IMG/VR virus record: IMGVR_UViG_3300050821_004237
Coordinates: 4,872-68,871 of that record
DNA length: 64,000 nucleotides
Strand: one strand, 5' to 3'
Source of the DNA: a virus
The stretch's first letter is position 1; every line of letters begins with the position of its first letter. Shown here piece by piece: positions 37,966 to 47,426 of the stretch. The notes below the pieces were generated by a model. The model did not search any database and was not told where the DNA came from. It saw nothing but the letters and a program-made list of their open reading frames with translations. Both the position numbers and the translations under genes were made by a program.

Positions 37966-38882
37966 TTTAGGCGTCCTTCTTGCTTGAGCGCAACCACTTG
38001 GCGCGCATATTCTTCATCCGTCATGTCGTTCAATTTCGCAATCTCGCGCTGCTCGGCTGAGAGGCGTACGACGTTCGGGCGCGAGCCTCCGCCATTGCCG
38101 GAGCGGCTCACGGGCGCGGCGGCGGGCGCCGGCGAGCGCTGGCTTGTGGGCCGCGCGGCATCAGACAAAGCCACTTCGGTCTCACCCGCATCATCTGGCG
38201 GCGCTTGCTTGAGTTCCAACCGTCGCTCAATCGCATCGAAGTACTCATCCGTGTCGGGCTTAATCCCCTCATCGATCGCATCCTCATGCGCACGGATCAT
38301 TTTGCGATTCAAACGCGCATCGCGCACGTAATCCGGATGCGCGCGCACCCAAGCGGCGCTGCGCGGCGTCATATTGGCGGTGAATTGCTCAACTGGGTCG
38401 CTCGGCTCGCGCATGACAGGCTTTGGCGCTTTCTCAAGCTGAGTTTTGCCATTCTCGAGCTGCAACAGACGCGCCGAATTCGTTCCAATCTCGCGCTGCA
38501 CCTTCGCAGCGGCCGCCCAGTCGCCCGCGGCGGCGGCTTCGGCGTATTTTCCTTCCAAAACGTCGAGTGATTGCGTCACGGTGGCGATTGCGCCCTTCAC
38601 TAGGTCAAGTTGGGTGGCTTGAACGTCGGTTTTCGCCTTTACCTCACCCGATTCAGCCTCGCGCGCACGCTGTTCAGCAGCTACGCGCGCCGCTTGCTCA
38701 TCGGCCAGCTGCTTTTTGAGCTTTTTGATGCCCTCTTCGGTGTCGGTGGCGGCTGCGGGCGTCGCTACGGCAGGGGACTCGACGACTTCGGCGGCTTTCG
38801 CGGGCTTCTTGGCCGGTTTTTCCGCAGCCTTAGCGTCGATTTCGTCCAAATCGATCTTAATTTCATCGGTTGATGCGCTCAT
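37962..38882 (-). CDS. capsid scaffolding protein
   Basis: acidic coiled coil; DEYFDAIERRL; C-terminal VRLSAEQREIA...MT.EEYA. Confidence 0.78.
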   Translation of the reverse strand: MSASTDEIKIDLDEIDAKAAEKPAKKPAKAAEVVESPAVATPAAATDTEEGIKKLKKQLADEQAARVAAEQRAREAESGEVKAKTDVQATQLDLVKGAIATVTQSLDVLEGKYAEAAAAGDWAAAAKVQREIGTNSARLLQLENGKTQLEKAPKPVMREPSDPVEQFTANMTPRSAAWVRAHPDYVRDARLNRKMIRAHEDAIDEGIKPDTDEYFDAIERRLELKQAPPDDAGETEVALSDAARPTSQRSPAPAAAPVSRSGNGGGSRPNVVRLSAEQREIAKLNDMTDEEYARQVVALKQEGRLN

Positions 38883-38925
38883 TCGTCCTCTGTCGTGTAG
38901 ATCGGCGGCGGGGATGGACATTTTT

Positions 38926-39363
38926 CTACCAAATCATCCCTGGGTTCGGAATTTTCATGCGAATTTGGTCATCGAACACGAGGCGGCAGTTCGTAAATGC
39001 CTTGGGATCTGAAGTGTCTTCGCCGCCGTTGACATCCATCGGCCACGTGTCGCTCGGGCGCGTGACTACCCAGTCATAAAGATCGATCGGGACGCCATAA
39101 GTAACGCCGGTGTCAGGATCGGTGCGCACGAACCGGCACGCGGAACCAATCTTAACCACCAATCCGACCTTGCCCTGGTAGTTGTCTTCCTTGCGAGTGC
39201 GATCGGTGAGCAAGATGCCGCCTGCGGATTTCTCAGGTCTGATGTAAATCGCGACTAGGACTTCGTTTTGCGCGATCTGAACCGCCGATAAATCGCCTAA
39301 TTTAGATAAGATCGCTTCTTTTTCGTCAAGGATTGGGTCGGATTTCTTCAATGCGGATGGCAT
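38926..39363 (-). CDS. GroES-like co-chaperonin
   Basis: EVLV...EKSAGGILL mobile loop; GLVVKIG; DWV; RLVFDDQI. Confidence 0.8.
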   Translation of the reverse strand: MPSALKKSDPILDEKEAILSKLGDLSAVQIAQNEVLVAIYIRPEKSAGGILLTDRTRKEDNYQGKVGLVVKIGSACRFVRTDPDTGVTYGVPIDLYDWVVTRPSDTWPMDVNGGEDTSDPKAFTNCRLVFDDQIRMKIPNPGMIW

Positions 39364-39364
39364 A

Positions 39365-39700
39365 TTACAGCGCCCGTAGCCGACTGATTTCGACCTGCAG
39401 TAAGGTCAGCATATTTTCGTACGAGTCGATTTCCGCGTGCACCGCCTGGATGTCACCATTCGGAACAGCTTGCGGCGCGGTTCCGTTCTTCACGTCTTGC
39501 GGCTGAGTTCCAATCAATCGATCAAGTATTTCGCGAATATCGATAATCGATTTCGACAACTGGCCGCCGCTACTACCAAGTCGGTGCACAGCATGACGCA
39601 ACATGGTCATTGGCTCTGCAGACGTTTGTGGATTTGAAATCGTCATCGTGGTCGCCGTGTTGCCTAGAACGCGGGCGCCGGTGGAATAATTACGATCCAT
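39365..39700 (-). CDS. hypothetical protein
   Basis: 111 aa; GAGG RBS. Confidence 0.6.
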   Translation of the reverse strand: MDRNYSTGARVLGNTATTMTISNPQTSAEPMTMLRHAVHRLGSSGGQLSKSIIDIREILDRLIGTQPQDVKNGTAPQAVPNGDIQAVHAEIDSYENMLTLLQVEISRLRAL

Positions 39701-39702
39701 GA

Positions 39703-39906
39703 CTACCTCTTATTTATTATCGACGTGACTTCATCGCAATACGAGCCAGATACCTTATTCAGCGCTTCAATCTGCCCGACGTGAAAGCGATACTCGGCAT
39801 AGTCTTTGACGGCCATACCTACCGCCATGATGTCTTTGATGCGCTCGATTTCATCCGCTATGAGTTTTTTTAGCTCGCTCTCGAACTGGGTGTTTAGCGT
39901 CTGCAC
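39703..39906 (-). CDS. conserved head-module helical protein
   Basis: DYAEYRFHVGQIEAL motif; between portal and GroES. Confidence 0.65.
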   Translation of the reverse strand: MQTLNTQFESELKKLIADEIERIKDIMAVGMAVKDYAEYRFHVGQIEALNKVSGSYCDEVTSIINKR

Positions 39907-40767
39907 TTAAGCCGGGCGAGCGCCATACGCGCGCATCTTCTCCAAGCGTGCGAGTCCGCCACCGGCCCCGGTATCAATCGGATAATTCGTGCGTCCGCCA
40001 TGCTTTCGCGCCATCGGCGGCGGACCCATCGGCGGGGCAGCGCCAGGAGGTGGCATCTGCGGCGGGGGAGCCGGGATACCAGCAGGCCCCGGCGCTGCGC
40101 CCATAGGCATCGGAGGACGCGGAGGCGCACCGCCGCCTTGCGGGGCGATGACGATATTCACATTCATGCCCTTCTTTGATCGGCCGCCAGATGCGCGCGC
40201 GATGCGCCCGCTTTCCGGGCGCGTGCCATCATCAATGCCACCGCCCTTGGCTTTGCCGACTCGACCGCCCGAGCATTTGGCACAATCGCAACCTGAGCCG
40301 TGAGCCGCGCCGCCTTTGGCGAATGCACGAACTCCGGGGCGTTGCATTGGCATCGCTTGACGGCCCGCAGTGGCCATCGGAGCGGATGCCGGCATACCGG
40401 GACGTCCCATCATCGGGCCGCCGACCATCTTGTGAGCTCGGCCGCCCTTTTTCATGCCGCCGATGTGCTTCTCGCCCTCGCGTTCTTCGTTGGCAGATTT
40501 CATGTCGCGATTCATGAATGCGTTCGCGGTCATGCCGCCCGAGGCGCGGGGCTTGCGGCCGGCGTGCATAATGGCCTTGGCGCCGGTGACTTTGCCGCCT
40601 TTGCGGAAGGCTGGGCGACTGACCGGCCTTGGACCCGTCTGAATGCCGCCTTTTTCGCCCAAGGGTTCCCTCCATCCCGATGCGTCTATGTCGCCCTTCG
40701 GCGTGCGCGTCAGGCGCTCTGCCTTGTCTTCGGCGAGTTCGCGGGCTTTCTTGGATAGGTCTGACAT
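39907..40767 (-). CDS. basic low-complexity protein with nine xxxGG motifs (putative internal head protein)
   Basis: AGGAG RBS; FRKGGKV, MKKGGRA, FAKGGAA, RASGGR; C-terminal GAGGGLARLEK. Confidence 0.75.
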   Translation of the reverse strand: MSDLSKKARELAEDKAERLTRTPKGDIDASGWREPLGEKGGIQTGPRPVSRPAFRKGGKVTGAKAIMHAGRKPRASGGMTANAFMNRDMKSANEEREGEKHIGGMKKGGRAHKMVGGPMMGRPGMPASAPMATAGRQAMPMQRPGVRAFAKGGAAHGSGCDCAKCSGGRVGKAKGGGIDDGTRPESGRIARASGGRSKKGMNVNIVIAPQGGGAPPRPPMPMGAAPGPAGIPAPPPQMPPPGAAPPMGPPPMARKHGGRTNYPIDTGAGGGLARLEKMRAYGARPA

Positions 40768-40782
40768 CGTAGGCTCCTGAAA

Positions 40783-41022
40783 TTACTCTGAATCTGGCGC
40801 GTTCGCAACTTTTACACGCGTCGAATCCTGCCACATATACTGCCAGAAGGCTTTGTTGCGCCATTGAGATTTGAAACAGGCCCGTATCTGCGGCCAGCAG
40901 TCACGTCGGCGGACATCGTAAATGTATCGGTAGAACTTCGTTGGTGTAACCGCGACAGGACCTTTGATCATCGAGGCGGCTTTGCAAATTTCCTCAAGCG
41001 ATGCTTCCGTAAGATCTGTCAT
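40783..41022 (-). CDS. small hypothetical protein, N-terminus resembles a capsid segment
   Basis: 79 aa; ATGA overlap with portal; MTDLTEASLEE. Confidence 0.6.
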   Translation of the reverse strand: MTDLTEASLEEICKAASMIKGPVAVTPTKFYRYIYDVRRRDCWPQIRACFKSQWRNKAFWQYMWQDSTRVKVANAPDSE

Positions 41023-43412
41023 TTGAGGCCCTTATCAACGTCTTTGATGATCTTTGAGGTGCGTTTTCCGACTTTATCAGTGCTCACTTGCTTGCCCGAC
41101 TCACCCGCCGTAGGAGCGCCGATAACTTTACCGGCAAGCGCAATGGCGGATTCTTTGAATTTATCGGCGCGATCCAAGTCACGGTTTTGGTTTTCGGTCT
41201 TCGCTTCCATCTCATGCACTGCAACCTCGCGTTCTTTCACCGCCACTTCGCGAGACTTCGAATCCGCGTCAATTAATTTTGCCTGCGCGAGCGCCGTATC
41301 GGCCGGCGTGTCTGACGGTGGCGCTTCTGGGCCGGCCGCTACGCCTTCGCCCTTGGGGGCATAGTGGCCGACGTCGATTTTGTTCTGTGCTTCGGCGGCG
41401 GTGGCTTTGGCCTCTGCCGTTTTCGCTTGGGCTTCCATGAGCTTGGCCTGCGCTTCGGTGGCTTTGTTTTTCATCTCCGCTTGCATCTGCTGAAGCTGTG
41501 GCGGCGGAGCACCTTGAGCCGCTGGGGGTACCATAAATTGTTGAGGATTTGCCCAGCCTATCCCACGGATCGCAGCTTTACAGATTGCTACCGGGTCCAT
41601 GAGACTCGGGAAGGTAGTCTGAAGCGTAGCCAATCCCTGCAATTTTAGTATCCGCTGCCCCATGCTGGCCGTATTCGGATCCGCCTGCGGCACCAGCTCG
41701 CAGTTCTTCGCCGCCTGCAAAAATCTCTCCACATCCCACTTCGACTTGCACCCATTGCCGGCGAATGACTCGGGATGCTCAATAAAGCACTTCACGATGA
41801 GTTTAAATTCCTCAGCCTGCGCTGAGTGCAGCCGCTTATGCACGGAATTCATGATCTTTACCGCTTGATCGATGAGCGCGAGCGTCGTGCCGACCGGGGC
41901 TTCGGCGCGACCTTCGCCGACCTGCAGCTCCGATGTCCCGCCAACGCGCTGCCCGGTCTGCACCATGTCCTGAACGAGCGCCATCATCGGCGCCATGTGC
42001 GCCGTCTCATACGGCAGCGGCATGGCAAATTGCCCTATCGGCATGCCAGCGGTGTCAATCTGCGCCGATCCTCCTGGAGGAATTCGAAAAATATTCGTAT
42101 TCTGGCGAGTGCCGGATTTGGCGGTCAAAAACCCTGGGAAGTTCGCGTACATGCCGTTATCGAGCATCTCGCGCCAGGCGGCAGTGACGGCATTGGTAGT
42201 GTTGCCCAAAATATGCAGCAATCCAATGTCGTAAAATCCTAAACCAGGGACGAAGGTGTACTTAACATAGCGCGTGCGGGCGGTCGGCAGCACCTGATCG
42301 TCTTCGTCGAAGTTGCGACTTACCGCCAGCACTTCGCGCGTAGAGACATCAATCGTCACAACATACGGAATCTCGAGCCCCGAATCCTTGCCCTTGTGCT
42401 GATGCTCAAGCCCAGGGATATTGAGCTCGCAGCAGATTTCATAGATTTCCCTGTCTCGGTCATCCTGCCGGTAGTTGTTAACCGTGAGCCCTTGTTGGGA
42501 TTTTTTTTCCTCTTCCAGCGCATCTTCCTTGCGCGGCAACGGGTCCGATAGCGGTATGTCCTTGTAGACGCCAAGGATCTGCATGCGCCGAACTTCGGAT
42601 TTTCGAAGGTACGTGCGATGCGTGACGCGCCGGGCGTTGGGTAAGCTGATCGCCGACTGATTGACGATGATGTCCTCCGCATCGACCGAAATAGATACTG
42701 GGCGGCTCTTGATGGGGCAGAAGTACACCTTTTTGAACGTCGTGCCGCCGAAGCCGAGCATCAACAGCATCCGATCCGTGTCGGGGTAGTACTCCGTCGC
42801 GCGCGCGGTCAAGTAGTGATTCATGTCGCGCTCGTAATCGTTCGCGAGTTCATCCTCGGCGAGCACGGCGTTGTTGTCGTCGTTTCGAATCTTAACAGGC
42901 CCGTCAGTGGGGAGTAGTTCTGAGCGTGCGTTGGCCTGAAAACGTAGCACCGCTTCTAAAAGGAGGGGGTGTCTGACCTTTGACATTCCCTCGACCGGCG
43001 CGCCATCGGCAGCGCCTTGGACGTTGGGGAGTTCGATTTTTAGCCCCAGAAGCTTGATGCCTAGGGCGCGATCGTCGATCCACTCAATCCGTGATAGAAG
43101 ATCTTCATCCACGGCGCGCAGCAAATCCTCGGCAATGCCGCTGAGCGTGCCGGAATCGATTTCATCGACTAGATTGCGAAACCAGCCTTTGTTATCGTCA
43201 TTGGCCGCCGCGGTGGAGATCGGCTTACCATCCAGGCTGACCGATACGGAGCCGTCACCGTGCGTGATCTTGAGGATATTGCCCTTCGTGTCGAAGTCCG
43301 GCACATCGGCGGATTCGGGGGCGAGTTCTACTGTGATGTCCGGCGGTAGCGGCGCGCCGTCGTCGCCTGTTAAGCGAAGATTGGCGTTGCCTAGGCCGGG
43401 GGCGGCGGCCAT
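41019..43412 (-). CDS. portal protein
   Basis: 797 aa after terL; HPLLLEAVLRFQA, MNHYLT, GTTFKKVY, GFYDIGL, PVGTTLAL, HKRLH motifs. Confidence 0.9.
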   Translation of the reverse strand: MAAAPGLGNANLRLTGDDGAPLPPDITVELAPESADVPDFDTKGNILKITHGDGSVSVSLDGKPISTAAANDDNKGWFRNLVDEIDSGTLSGIAEDLLRAVDEDLLSRIEWIDDRALGIKLLGLKIELPNVQGAADGAPVEGMSKVRHPLLLEAVLRFQANARSELLPTDGPVKIRNDDNNAVLAEDELANDYERDMNHYLTARATEYYPDTDRMLLMLGFGGTTFKKVYFCPIKSRPVSISVDAEDIIVNQSAISLPNARRVTHRTYLRKSEVRRMQILGVYKDIPLSDPLPRKEDALEEEKKSQQGLTVNNYRQDDRDREIYEICCELNIPGLEHQHKGKDSGLEIPYVVTIDVSTREVLAVSRNFDEDDQVLPTARTRYVKYTFVPGLGFYDIGLLHILGNTTNAVTAAWREMLDNGMYANFPGFLTAKSGTRQNTNIFRIPPGGSAQIDTAGMPIGQFAMPLPYETAHMAPMMALVQDMVQTGQRVGGTSELQVGEGRAEAPVGTTLALIDQAVKIMNSVHKRLHSAQAEEFKLIVKCFIEHPESFAGNGCKSKWDVERFLQAAKNCELVPQADPNTASMGQRILKLQGLATLQTTFPSLMDPVAICKAAIRGIGWANPQQFMVPPAAQGAPPPQLQQMQAEMKNKATEAQAKLMEAQAKTAEAKATAAEAQNKIDVGHYAPKGEGVAAGPEAPPSDTPADTALAQAKLIDADSKSREVAVKEREVAVHEMEAKTENQNRDLDRADKFKESAIALAGKVIGAPTAGESGKQVSTDKVGKRTSKIIKDVDKGLK

Positions 43413-43678
43413 CAGTGCGAGCGCTCGGCGATATAGTCCATCAGTGGCGTGAGGGTAGACATTTGGTCAGAGAAAATCTTCAGGCCCAATAAAGCCGCAT
43501 CATTATCAGATTTTGCAGCAATTTCATAGACCCGCGTACAATTGTGCGGGGGAAGTCCGGTTACTGTTACCCGAAAAAGCCACGGGCGCATGACTTTGGA
43601 TATCAGATCGACAGTGCAGCTGCACAAAACCCGGACCGCGTCTCCGGTAATTATTGGCGATTTGTGGCCGTTGAGCAT
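43412..43678 (-). CDS. hypothetical protein
   Basis: 88 aa between terL and portal; TGATG coupling. Confidence 0.6.
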   Translation of the reverse strand: MLNGHKSPIITGDAVRVLCSCTVDLISKVMRPWLFRVTVTGLPPHNCTRVYEIAAKSDNDAALLGLKIFSDQMSTLTPLMDYIAERSH

Positions 43679-43680
43679 GG

Positions 43681-45318
43681 TTAGACAGGATACAGGGGTT
43701 CTTGTCTGCCGCGATAGCGCTGCAATTCCGCCAGCTCGGCGGCTTTCTCTGGAGCGCGCGCGATCAGTCCATTATCGCGCATGTGTCTTATGGCTTGAGA
43801 AACTGTGTCGGTCAAATCATCGAATTTCGCATACGGGAATTGCGCCACTTGCGTTATCACCATGTCGGCCCACTTTCGATCAGGCGCATAGATAATTCCC
43901 TCCGCGAATAAATGCTGAATTGAAAATAGACGCGAGAGTTTGTCTTGGCTTTTCGGGTCATACAATTGCACGCCGAATTTTTCGTTAGCATAGAGGCGGC
44001 GAACTTCCTGAGCCACGCTATGGCCAGCCGCTTTTGCCTCCACTAGGAGAAGATCAACTTTTAATTTTATGCAAGTCTCAGCCACCTTTTCTACAAGCTT
44101 GTGCAATTCCAAACGGTCCTGCCATGCGTGCATGAGCATGACCTTCGGCGCTGTAGCTGCTTCAAAAGTTTCATTGTCGCGATACATGGGCTGCGAGTTT
44201 CCGCGCTTATCGATCACTCTGTTAGGAGCATCAACTAGCGAGCGCTCACCGGAAAATACGCCCCACACAGTGAGCGCTGAAAAATCGTTGCTGGTCTTCT
44301 CCGTGTACGCGGTATCCAAACTCGCCATAACGAAATCCATCGACGGGAATGTTTCTCTCTCCCACAGCTTCCAATAATCCCGTGGGATGATGCCGCCGCC
44401 CGCAGGCTCTGGTCGCTGCTGCAACTGACCATTTGCGATCATCGGACCCAATGCGCGCTCGAGAGAAACGACTTCTTCTTCGCCAAATCGTTCCGGCCAC
44501 ATGAGTTCCCCGGCAACCGTGCGCGGATCCTTCCATCCGATCTGAGTTACGAATGATCGGTCCGGTTCATAGCGCATCGGGATCATCAAATGACACCACT
44601 CGCCGGTATTTTTCTCCAAAATATGACCGCTGATGTCGTTCTCGGCGAGCCTTTGCTGGATGACGATGAAAGCGCCAGTTTTTGGGTCGTTTAAGCGAGT
44701 TGAAGCGACCGAATCCCACCAGTCTGTCGTCGCTTTGATCGATGCGTCAGAAAAAGCCTCATTAGCAGCGTTTAAATCATCTCCCACGAGTATTTGAGCG
44801 CCTTCGCCAGTGGTAGCGCCATCGACGGATGTTATTAAGCGCTCGCCGCCTTTGCTATTTGTGAAGCGGGACTTCGTATTCTGGTCAGAAACTAATGCGA
44901 ATCGATTTCCCCATCGCTCCTGATACCAATTCGACTCGATTAAGCGCCGACATTTCACCGAATCGCGCAATGAGAGCTGATTTGCGTACGAAGAATACAA
45001 AAACGGCACGCCAGGTCCGCTCACTGGCGTGACGCGCGATTGCGCCCAGCACCACGGCAGCAATGCAACGCTCACGAGCCCGGATTTAGAGCAGCGCGGA
45101 CTAATATTTATGAGCAGCTTGCGGATTTCGCCGTCAATCACGGCCTGCAAATGTTCGGCCACCGCATCAATTGCCCAAGAATCTACCCATGGCGCAGAAT
45201 CTATGAACGGCCATGCGGCTTTGTAGAACTCGTAGAGACTATCCTGACAATCCGCGGCGTCTAGATCCAAAAGTTGGCGTTTCGGATCAATCCCGCTTAA
45301 GTCAAAGTCTTGGAGCAT
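43681..45318 (-). CDS. terL: terminase large subunit
   Basis: INISPRCSKS (Walker A-like), VGDD (Walker B), IQQRL, QQRP, SLDTA, VEAKAAG, DDLTD nuclease motifs. Confidence 0.95.
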   Translation of the reverse strand: MLQDFDLSGIDPKRQLLDLDAADCQDSLYEFYKAAWPFIDSAPWVDSWAIDAVAEHLQAVIDGEIRKLLINISPRCSKSGLVSVALLPWCWAQSRVTPVSGPGVPFLYSSYANQLSLRDSVKCRRLIESNWYQERWGNRFALVSDQNTKSRFTNSKGGERLITSVDGATTGEGAQILVGDDLNAANEAFSDASIKATTDWWDSVASTRLNDPKTGAFIVIQQRLAENDISGHILEKNTGEWCHLMIPMRYEPDRSFVTQIGWKDPRTVAGELMWPERFGEEEVVSLERALGPMIANGQLQQRPEPAGGGIIPRDYWKLWERETFPSMDFVMASLDTAYTEKTSNDFSALTVWGVFSGERSLVDAPNRVIDKRGNSQPMYRDNETFEAATAPKVMLMHAWQDRLELHKLVEKVAETCIKLKVDLLLVEAKAAGHSVAQEVRRLYANEKFGVQLYDPKSQDKLSRLFSIQHLFAEGIIYAPDRKWADMVITQVAQFPYAKFDDLTDTVSQAIRHMRDNGLIARAPEKAAELAELQRYRGRQEPLYPV

Positions 45319-45364
45319 GGGCGCGACAATAGCGCAAGTCCCTTACGGGGACCACTCGGCGGCA

Positions 45365-45637
45365 CTAATTTTCTCCGCGCGCCACAACAGTTAACGATTG
45401 CTGCTCGGCCGCCTCACTAAGCAGGGAAGGGCGGCGAACCCTCTCTTTGGATTCTATATTTGTCGGCTCCTTTGCGTACCCATCGCGCCGATGAATCGCA
45501 TTCCAAAGCGTCCTAAGTGAGCAGCCCATTTTATGCGCCATACACTTCGCTGGCGGCTGCTTGTTGCGGCCTTTGATCGAGTACCAGGCGTCGATGATCG
45601 AGACTTGCGCGGGGGTTAGGATGCGGCGGCGGGTCAT
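45365..45637 (-). CDS. hypothetical HTH-like protein
   Basis: MAHKMGCSLRTLWNAI. Confidence 0.5.
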   Translation of the reverse strand: MTRRRILTPAQVSIIDAWYSIKGRNKQPPAKCMAHKMGCSLRTLWNAIHRRDGYAKEPTNIESKERVRRPSLLSEAAEQQSLTVVARGEN

Positions 45638-45828
45638 TTGACGCTAGGATCAACACCCAATACCTCAATGAGCCAATCTCTCATCTGCACCGCAACTTCA
45701 TTCTTCACTAAAATCTCATGGCCATCTGGCCAATCGATTCGGATGTGAGTGAAAGAGCCGTCCGAATTCATCGGCGCTCGGCAGCGTATGTCGTCAATCG
45801 TCACGAAACGTGGGCCGAACTTCTTCAC
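45634..45828 (-). CDS. hypothetical protein
   Basis: 64 aa; overlap-coupled at both ends. Confidence 0.55.
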   Translation of the reverse strand: MKKFGPRFVTIDDIRCRAPMNSDGSFTHIRIDWPDGHEILVKNEVAVQMRDWLIEVLGVDPSVK

Positions 45829-46373
45829 TCAATCACCGGCTCATCCTCAGGATCGCCACTGCCGCCCGACTGCACGTGCTCGATCATCGCGCGCAGCTGG
45901 GCACGCTGCTCGTAAGTGAGCTTCGATGAGTCAATCACCGGCGCCTTGTTCCTGTTGTCATCGAGTTCAACCTGCTTCTTAGGCGGCTTCCATTCATCCC
46001 CGGCGCGCCGTTCGAGTATCGCCATGCCGACCTTCGCGGCGTTTGGATCCGTATCCGATATCGCCTTGCGGTTCATATTCGCCGCGATGGCGGAGAGAAT
46101 CTCGGCTGCTCCGAGTTCGTAGTCATCGGCATAGTGAGTCGTCAGCACGGCGACCGTGATACCCAATTGCTTCGCCGCGAGCGTCTTAGACAGCCCGAGT
46201 TCACCCGCGAGGCGCACAAATCTTTGATAGATCGGTGATGGATGCTCACCGGCCGTGCGCAGCAACTCGATTCTATCCTGGTGGGCTTTCTCGGACTCCT
46301 CGAGGCGAGATTTCACCCATAGCGTGATGGCTTCGCGTTTGTCGTCGGGGAGGTTTGGGAGGTCGTCAGTCAC
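45825..46373 (-). CDS. terS: terminase small subunit (probable)
   Basis: HTH (LAAKQLGITVAVLTTHY..E.ELG), helical oligomerisation region, LERR...W; upstream of terL. Confidence 0.7.
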   Translation of the reverse strand: MTDDLPNLPDDKREAITLWVKSRLEESEKAHQDRIELLRTAGEHPSPIYQRFVRLAGELGLSKTLAAKQLGITVAVLTTHYADDYELGAAEILSAIAANMNRKAISDTDPNAAKVGMAILERRAGDEWKPPKKQVELDDNRNKAPVIDSSKLTYEQRAQLRAMIEHVQSGGSGDPEDEPVIE

Positions 46374-46572
46374 GACGTTTCGCTAACTCAGGCGCTGCGA
46401 TATCATACCCGCCAGATTTACCCACACTCCGCGCCCACTTCCCGCGCCGCTCAAGCAGCCCGCGGATGTACTCGCCGAGTTTCTCGCCGGACTCCCATGC
46501 CTCCACTTGAAGCTCGGACTTCAATCGCGGCGTCACGGTGAATGCAATCGTTGCGGTGCGGCCGCTAGACAT
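46366..46572 (-). CDS. ribbon-helix-helix DNA-binding protein
   Basis: TIAFTVTPRLKSELQVEA....LGEYIRGLL. Confidence 0.6.
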   Translation of the reverse strand: MSSGRTATIAFTVTPRLKSELQVEAWESGEKLGEYIRGLLERRGKWARSVGKSGGYDIAAPELAKRRD

Positions 46573-46849
46573 GGATGGCAGAGTCGGCATCATCAGTTGT
46601 CACTTTGTTGCGCCTGATCACAATCGTGATTTCCTCGCCTTCCTCCATTTGATCCCATGCGCCCTCGGCTGCGGCGAGAACCGCTTCGCGGGCCTGGTCG
46701 TCGTCGTCGCAAACGAAAGTGTCAAAGTCGCTGCTGTTGTATGGATGCGGCTCGATCTCCCATTTGAAGATCCTGCCTTCGTCGAAAACTTCGCCGTCGT
46801 CGTCCGGCGGATCGCCCGCGTCGGGAATTTCGGCCATCGCGTTACCCAT
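46565..46849 (-). CDS. acidic hypothetical protein
   Basis: GGAGG RBS before ATG 46849. Confidence 0.6.
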   Translation of the reverse strand: MGNAMAEIPDAGDPPDDDGEVFDEGRIFKWEIEPHPYNSSDFDTFVCDDDDQAREAVLAAAEGAWDQMEEGEEITIVIRRNKVTTDDADSAIHV

Positions 46850-47150
46850 GTTCAGCGCCTCCGCTGGCAGTAGAGCCTTCAATCCGTTGAAGTTCGGCGC
46901 GCCGCCCGGCACGGATGTGTGCGCTAGATTCAGATTCGATGAACTGCGAGCAAATAAAGCCATCGCAGCTTGGGCCAACTGAGCGGCCACGCTGCATGTC
47001 GTGGCGTTCCGCCGGACAAAGCGACGACTTCATCCAATTGGAGCAGTCCCCGCAGCGGATCTTCGCTATTTCCACACGAAGCTCATGCATGCGCACTCGA
47101 CGGTGTATTTGATCCGACAGCATTCCGGCGAAGTCCCATACCTCATCCAT
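46842..47150 (-). CDS. Cys-rich hypothetical protein
   Basis: GGAGG RBS; CGDC...C...C...C. Confidence 0.6.
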   Translation of the reverse strand: MDEVWDFAGMLSDQIHRRVRMHELRVEIAKIRCGDCSNWMKSSLCPAERHDMQRGRSVGPSCDGFICSQFIESESSAHIRAGRRAELQRIEGSTASGGAEHG

Positions 47151-47183
47151 GCTCTGATCCTCCATCGTCCGCTGTCACGGCGC

Positions 47184-47426
47184 TCACTCCGTACACGCAT
47201 AATCCATCGGACACGAAGACCTACCCGCACACCTAACCGGATTGTGACAGAACGCCGGCTCATCGCCCGACTGGAAAATTACCGGCACGGCGAAGTAGGG
47301 TAAGGATTTGCCGCCGCTCACGGTGCGCCCAGTGAGATTCTCGGCTTTTGTGATCGCGGCGGCGAGCGTCTTGCCTTCGCAGGACCCGCTCGTGCCGTCG
47401 GTGAAGTTTAGCCAGTAGGCGCTCAC
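47184..47426 (-). CDS. hypothetical protein
   Basis: 80 aa; LPY.A.P and FC..P..C.GR.SCP.DYAC motif. Confidence 0.6.
   Translation of the reverse strand: MSAYWLNFTDGTSGSCEGKTLAAAITKAENLTGRTVSGGKSLPYFAVPVIFQSGDEPAFCHNPVRCAGRSSCPMDYACTE

Noticed and set aside
33586-45318. Group I introns or inteins in capsid, portal or terminase associated with the HNH genes
   Set aside because: These ORFs are continuous and of plausible length; the endonucleases are intergenic
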